The position numbers and the translations under genes were made by a program. From a virus (taxonomy: Duplodnaviria > Caudoviricetes): a DNA stretch of 27,531 bases. Shown here one piece after another: positions 25,278-27,531 of the stretch (position 1 is the stretch's first letter; every line of letters begins with the position of its first letter). The notes under the pieces were generated by a model. The model was not told where the DNA came from and did no database searches. It saw only the letters and a list, made by a program, of their open reading frames with translations. Location of the stretch: IMG/VR virus record IMGVR_UViG_3300044676_006671, positions 1 to 27,531 of that record, one strand, 5' to 3'.

Positions 25278-25311
25278 AATGTTTTTCTCCTTTAACTAAC
25301 TAACTTACCTC

Positions 25312-25340
25312 ATTCTACATGTAAAGATGCTTGCTTGCAA
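25312..25340 (-). promoter_or_regulatory. Strong sigma70-type early promoter
   Basis: Minus strand TTGCAA-17bp-TAGAAT with an A/T-rich upstream tract. Confidence 0.75.
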
Positions 25341-25451
25341 GTATAGATTCGACAAAAACACAGAAAAACTTTAATTAGTTTATAAGTGCCTGATATTGTG
25401 TAATAATAATTGCAGTGGGGTAGGTGCAATAAGTAGTATAATGAGTGACGC

Positions 25452-25736
25452 ATGTATAGGGCTATGGAACGCAAGGTGAAGCCGGGAGTAAGGTGGCATA
25501 TAGAGGGATTTAATCATGCACAGCCGTATCCGGGCGGGAACCTTTATCACGCTGTAAGACAGATACAGGGGCAGACTGTGGCAGGCATGGCGAGGGAGTT
25601 CGGCACCACCAGACGACGATGGCAGTACAGGGAACAAGGTAAGCGGATGTATCGAGTGGCAGAGATAATGGCGCTGTATGAAGCCAGCGAGCTAACACCA
25701 GAGCAATTCATAAAATTATTAAGTAAGATAGCCTAG
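25452..25736 (+). CDS. XRE/Cro-type HTH regulator
   Basis: VRQIQGQTVAGMAREFG.TRR.WQYREQG.R pattern; divergent from the early promoter. Confidence 0.65.
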   Translation: MYRAMERKVKPGVRWHIEGFNHAQPYPGGNLYHAVRQIQGQTVAGMAREFGTTRRRWQYREQGKRMYRVAEIMALYEASELTPEQFIKLLSKIA

Positions 25737-25914
25737 TTACGGAGATAGCTTAATAGTTTTCCACAACTCGTAAACTATATATACATAGTAATATCGCACA
25801 CTTAGAATCCACAGCACAGAAATTCAAAACCAAAACGTTTTTGAAAAAAGAAAAAGTACCGGTTATATCTATATCCACCTATACACAAAAAATCGCAAAA
25901 TAGGAGCGTAGGCT

Positions 25915-26379
25915 ATGAAGGATGAAACGGAATTAAAATCGGAAGTTGTTTCTGAGGAAGGCGTAAAAATTTCGGAGCCAGAAATAGTGTTGGATCGTAC
26001 TACTCAGGACAAGATGAGTAATAAGCATGAGAAGAATCCTGTATGGGCGGAGCAGATACGTCATATGGGCAGGATAGGGTTAAGTAAGAATAATATAAGG
26101 ACAGCATTTGGGTTACGGGAGCATTTACTGAATAAGTATTATTTAGAGGATTATTTAGCTGGCGTATCTGAGATGCAGCGTGGCTTAGCTACCAAGGCGT
26201 TAGAAGAGGCTATGAATGGGAATACGCCTATATTGTTACATTTGTTGAAGACTAAATTAGGTTGGAGTGAGCAGCAGATTATAGAGCATGTAGGCGAGAT
26301 TAAGGCTGTTGTATCGGCTAAGCCATTAACTAAGGAAGAGTTTAGCCAGAAGTATTTAACTGAGGACGAAGAAAAATAG
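25915..26379 (+). CDS. terS: Terminase small subunit-like protein
   Basis: AGGAG RBS; HTH followed by L...A..GN...L..LLK..LGWSE; upstream of terL. Confidence 0.65.
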   Translation: MKDETELKSEVVSEEGVKISEPEIVLDRTTQDKMSNKHEKNPVWAEQIRHMGRIGLSKNNIRTAFGLREHLLNKYYLEDYLAGVSEMQRGLATKALEEAMNGNTPILLHLLKTKLGWSEQQIIEHVGEIKAVVSAKPLTKEEFSQKYLTEDEEK

Positions 26380-26575
26380 GCTTTCCCCACTTGTAAAAGG
26401 GGGGATTAAGGGGGGTTAGTTTCTACGCTATTTGCGTACTAGAATATAAATATATTAGTTTTTGAGGAAACGGAACAAGGGGGAAAAATAATTGTGTGAG
26501 TTTGGGTGGGTTTCTAAAGGGAGGGTACCACACCACTAACCCCTGTCAAGACCCTCTTTTTTAACTATTTACATT

Positions 26576-26788
26576 ATGAGGGATAAATACCACAAGCCAG
26601 TATGGAGGTATTTTAAGTGTCCTAGTTGTTGTGAATACAAGTTTGCTTATACGAGTTTGTTAAGGATCGAATGTGGTATGGTTGATTGTAAGTATATATG
26701 CGATGTTAGGCGTAACGCTATTACTAGGGATGAGTATGAGCAAAGACACGGTGTTAATACGGCAGATGACACAACTAAGGTGTTCTGA
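26576..26788 (+). CDS. Small zinc-ribbon protein
   Basis: CPSC...C....C motifs. Confidence 0.5.
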   Translation: MRDKYHKPVWRYFKCPSCCEYKFAYTSLLRIECGMVDCKYICDVRRNAITRDEYEQRHGVNTADDTTKVF

Positions 26789-26906
26789 TTGTGGGCATAT
26801 AAGTCTAAAGAAAGATGAGCTTAGTTTCTTCTGCCAAAACCCTAAGTGTAAGGTGGATCGTATTATAGGAAGTAATCTTGTAGTTATTAAAATCTTAGAT
26901 ACATAA
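26766..26906 (+). CDS. Small zinc-ribbon protein (likely start ATG 26766)
   Basis: CSDC...CQNPKC. Confidence 0.45.
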   Translation: MTQLRCSDCGHISLKKDELSFFCQNPKCKVDRIIGSNLVVIKILDT

Positions 26907-26922
26907 ACATAGTGGATAGATA

Positions 26923-27156
26923 GTGAAAGGTTTAAGACATAGAGACTTTAATAAGACGACAAAAGGAATCCCAAGAAAAGGCGAAGAAACTGCCGAAGAT
27001 GTTAAGTATTGGAAAGCGTTGCTGCAACGGCGTGACGAGCATAGCAAAAAAAGTCAAAATTACCTTCATTGGGATAGAGTGTATGATTATGAATCTAGTG
27101 CAATTTACGAAGAATTATACGCTATTCCTGCGTGGTGGCTAAAGGAAAATGACTGA
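26923..27156 (+). CDS. Hypothetical protein
   Basis: Overlaps the terL start; 77 aa. Confidence 0.5.
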   Translation: MKGLRHRDFNKTTKGIPRKGEETAEDVKYWKALLQRRDEHSKKSQNYLHWDRVYDYESSAIYEELYAIPAWWLKEND

Positions 27157-27531
27157 TTACGAAAGTGAAAACATTGATGAGCATATTGTTTGGGCTCCAC
27201 AAGCAGGGCCACAAACTATGCTTATTGATTGCCCTATTACCTTGGTGGGGTACGGCGGTGCCCGAGGCGGCGGCAAAACGGATGGGGTATTAGGTAAGTT
27301 TGCTATAAAGCAAGAACAGCTAGGTAAAGACTTTAATGCTATCTTTTTTAGAAAAGAACTTCCCCAGGCAGATGACTTAATTGAAAGAGCTAAACAGATT
27401 TATTTACCTCTTAAAGCTCACTGGCAAGACCAAAAAAAGCAATTTACCTTTCTTAATGGCGGTAGACTTAGGTTTAGACCCTTAGCTAATGATAGTGATG
27501 CTGAGAAGTATCAAGGACAGAATTTATCTGA
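27149..27531 (+). CDS. terL: Terminase large subunit, N-terminal ATPase part (runs off the window)
   Basis: MTDYESENIDEHIVWAPQAGPQ...YGGARGGGKT (Q motif and Walker A)...FRK...F.NG.RL.F...KYQG; AAGGA RBS. Confidence 0.93.
   Translation, partial: MTDYESENIDEHIVWAPQAGPQTMLIDCPITLVGYGGARGGGKTDGVLGKFAIKQEQLGKDFNAIFFRKELPQADDLIERAKQIYLPLKAHWQDQKKQFTFLNGGRLRFRPLANDSDAEKYQGQNLS

Noticed and set aside
25757-25765. DnaA-box match TTTTCCACA in the gap before terS
   Set aside because: A single match, expected by chance in AT-rich DNA; a better origin candidate exists at 19873-19980.
26380-26575. G-tract-rich non-coding gap after terS (possible pac site, G-quadruplex or promoter)
   Set aside because: The G-runs are irregularly spaced, there are no clear repeats, and the TTGACA on the - strand has no properly spaced -10 box. 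Read-terminus data would be needed.

Overview
Most of a tailed dsDNA bacteriophage genome with podovirus-like architecture, read in the standard genetic code. The + strand from 1 to 15190 carries the late virion and lysis genes. These are a head decoration protein, a head spike base and fibre resembling those of the Rhodobacter gene transfer agent (RcGTA), the adaptor, the nozzle, ejection proteins (one with a lytic transglycosylase), an S74-chaperoned tail fibre, a DUF5675 lysin candidate and holins. The - strand from 25277 down to 15180 carries early and middle genes: a beta-clamp-like protein, a lipoprotein transglycosylase, ERF, SSB-like paralogues, Gp157, an Acb2/Tad1-like protein, an Sm-like protein with Ser/Arg/Trp-repeat peptides, and a resolvase. 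A small + strand island (19446-20268) interrupts this arm and holds two HTH genes, an iteron origin and a putative sRNA. The right end holds an XRE regulator, terS and the start of terL. The most notable signal is an apparent RNA-level control system. First, a ~65-nt non-coding unit at ~20204-20268, bounded by a promoter and a terminator, has a single-stranded 5' part antisense to an extended ribosome-binding motif (AAGGAGA-N3-5-CACUAUG) shared by the early genes. Second, a conserved, covarying two-state hairpin is repeated between those same early genes. All protein family calls come from motif recognition, not database searches.
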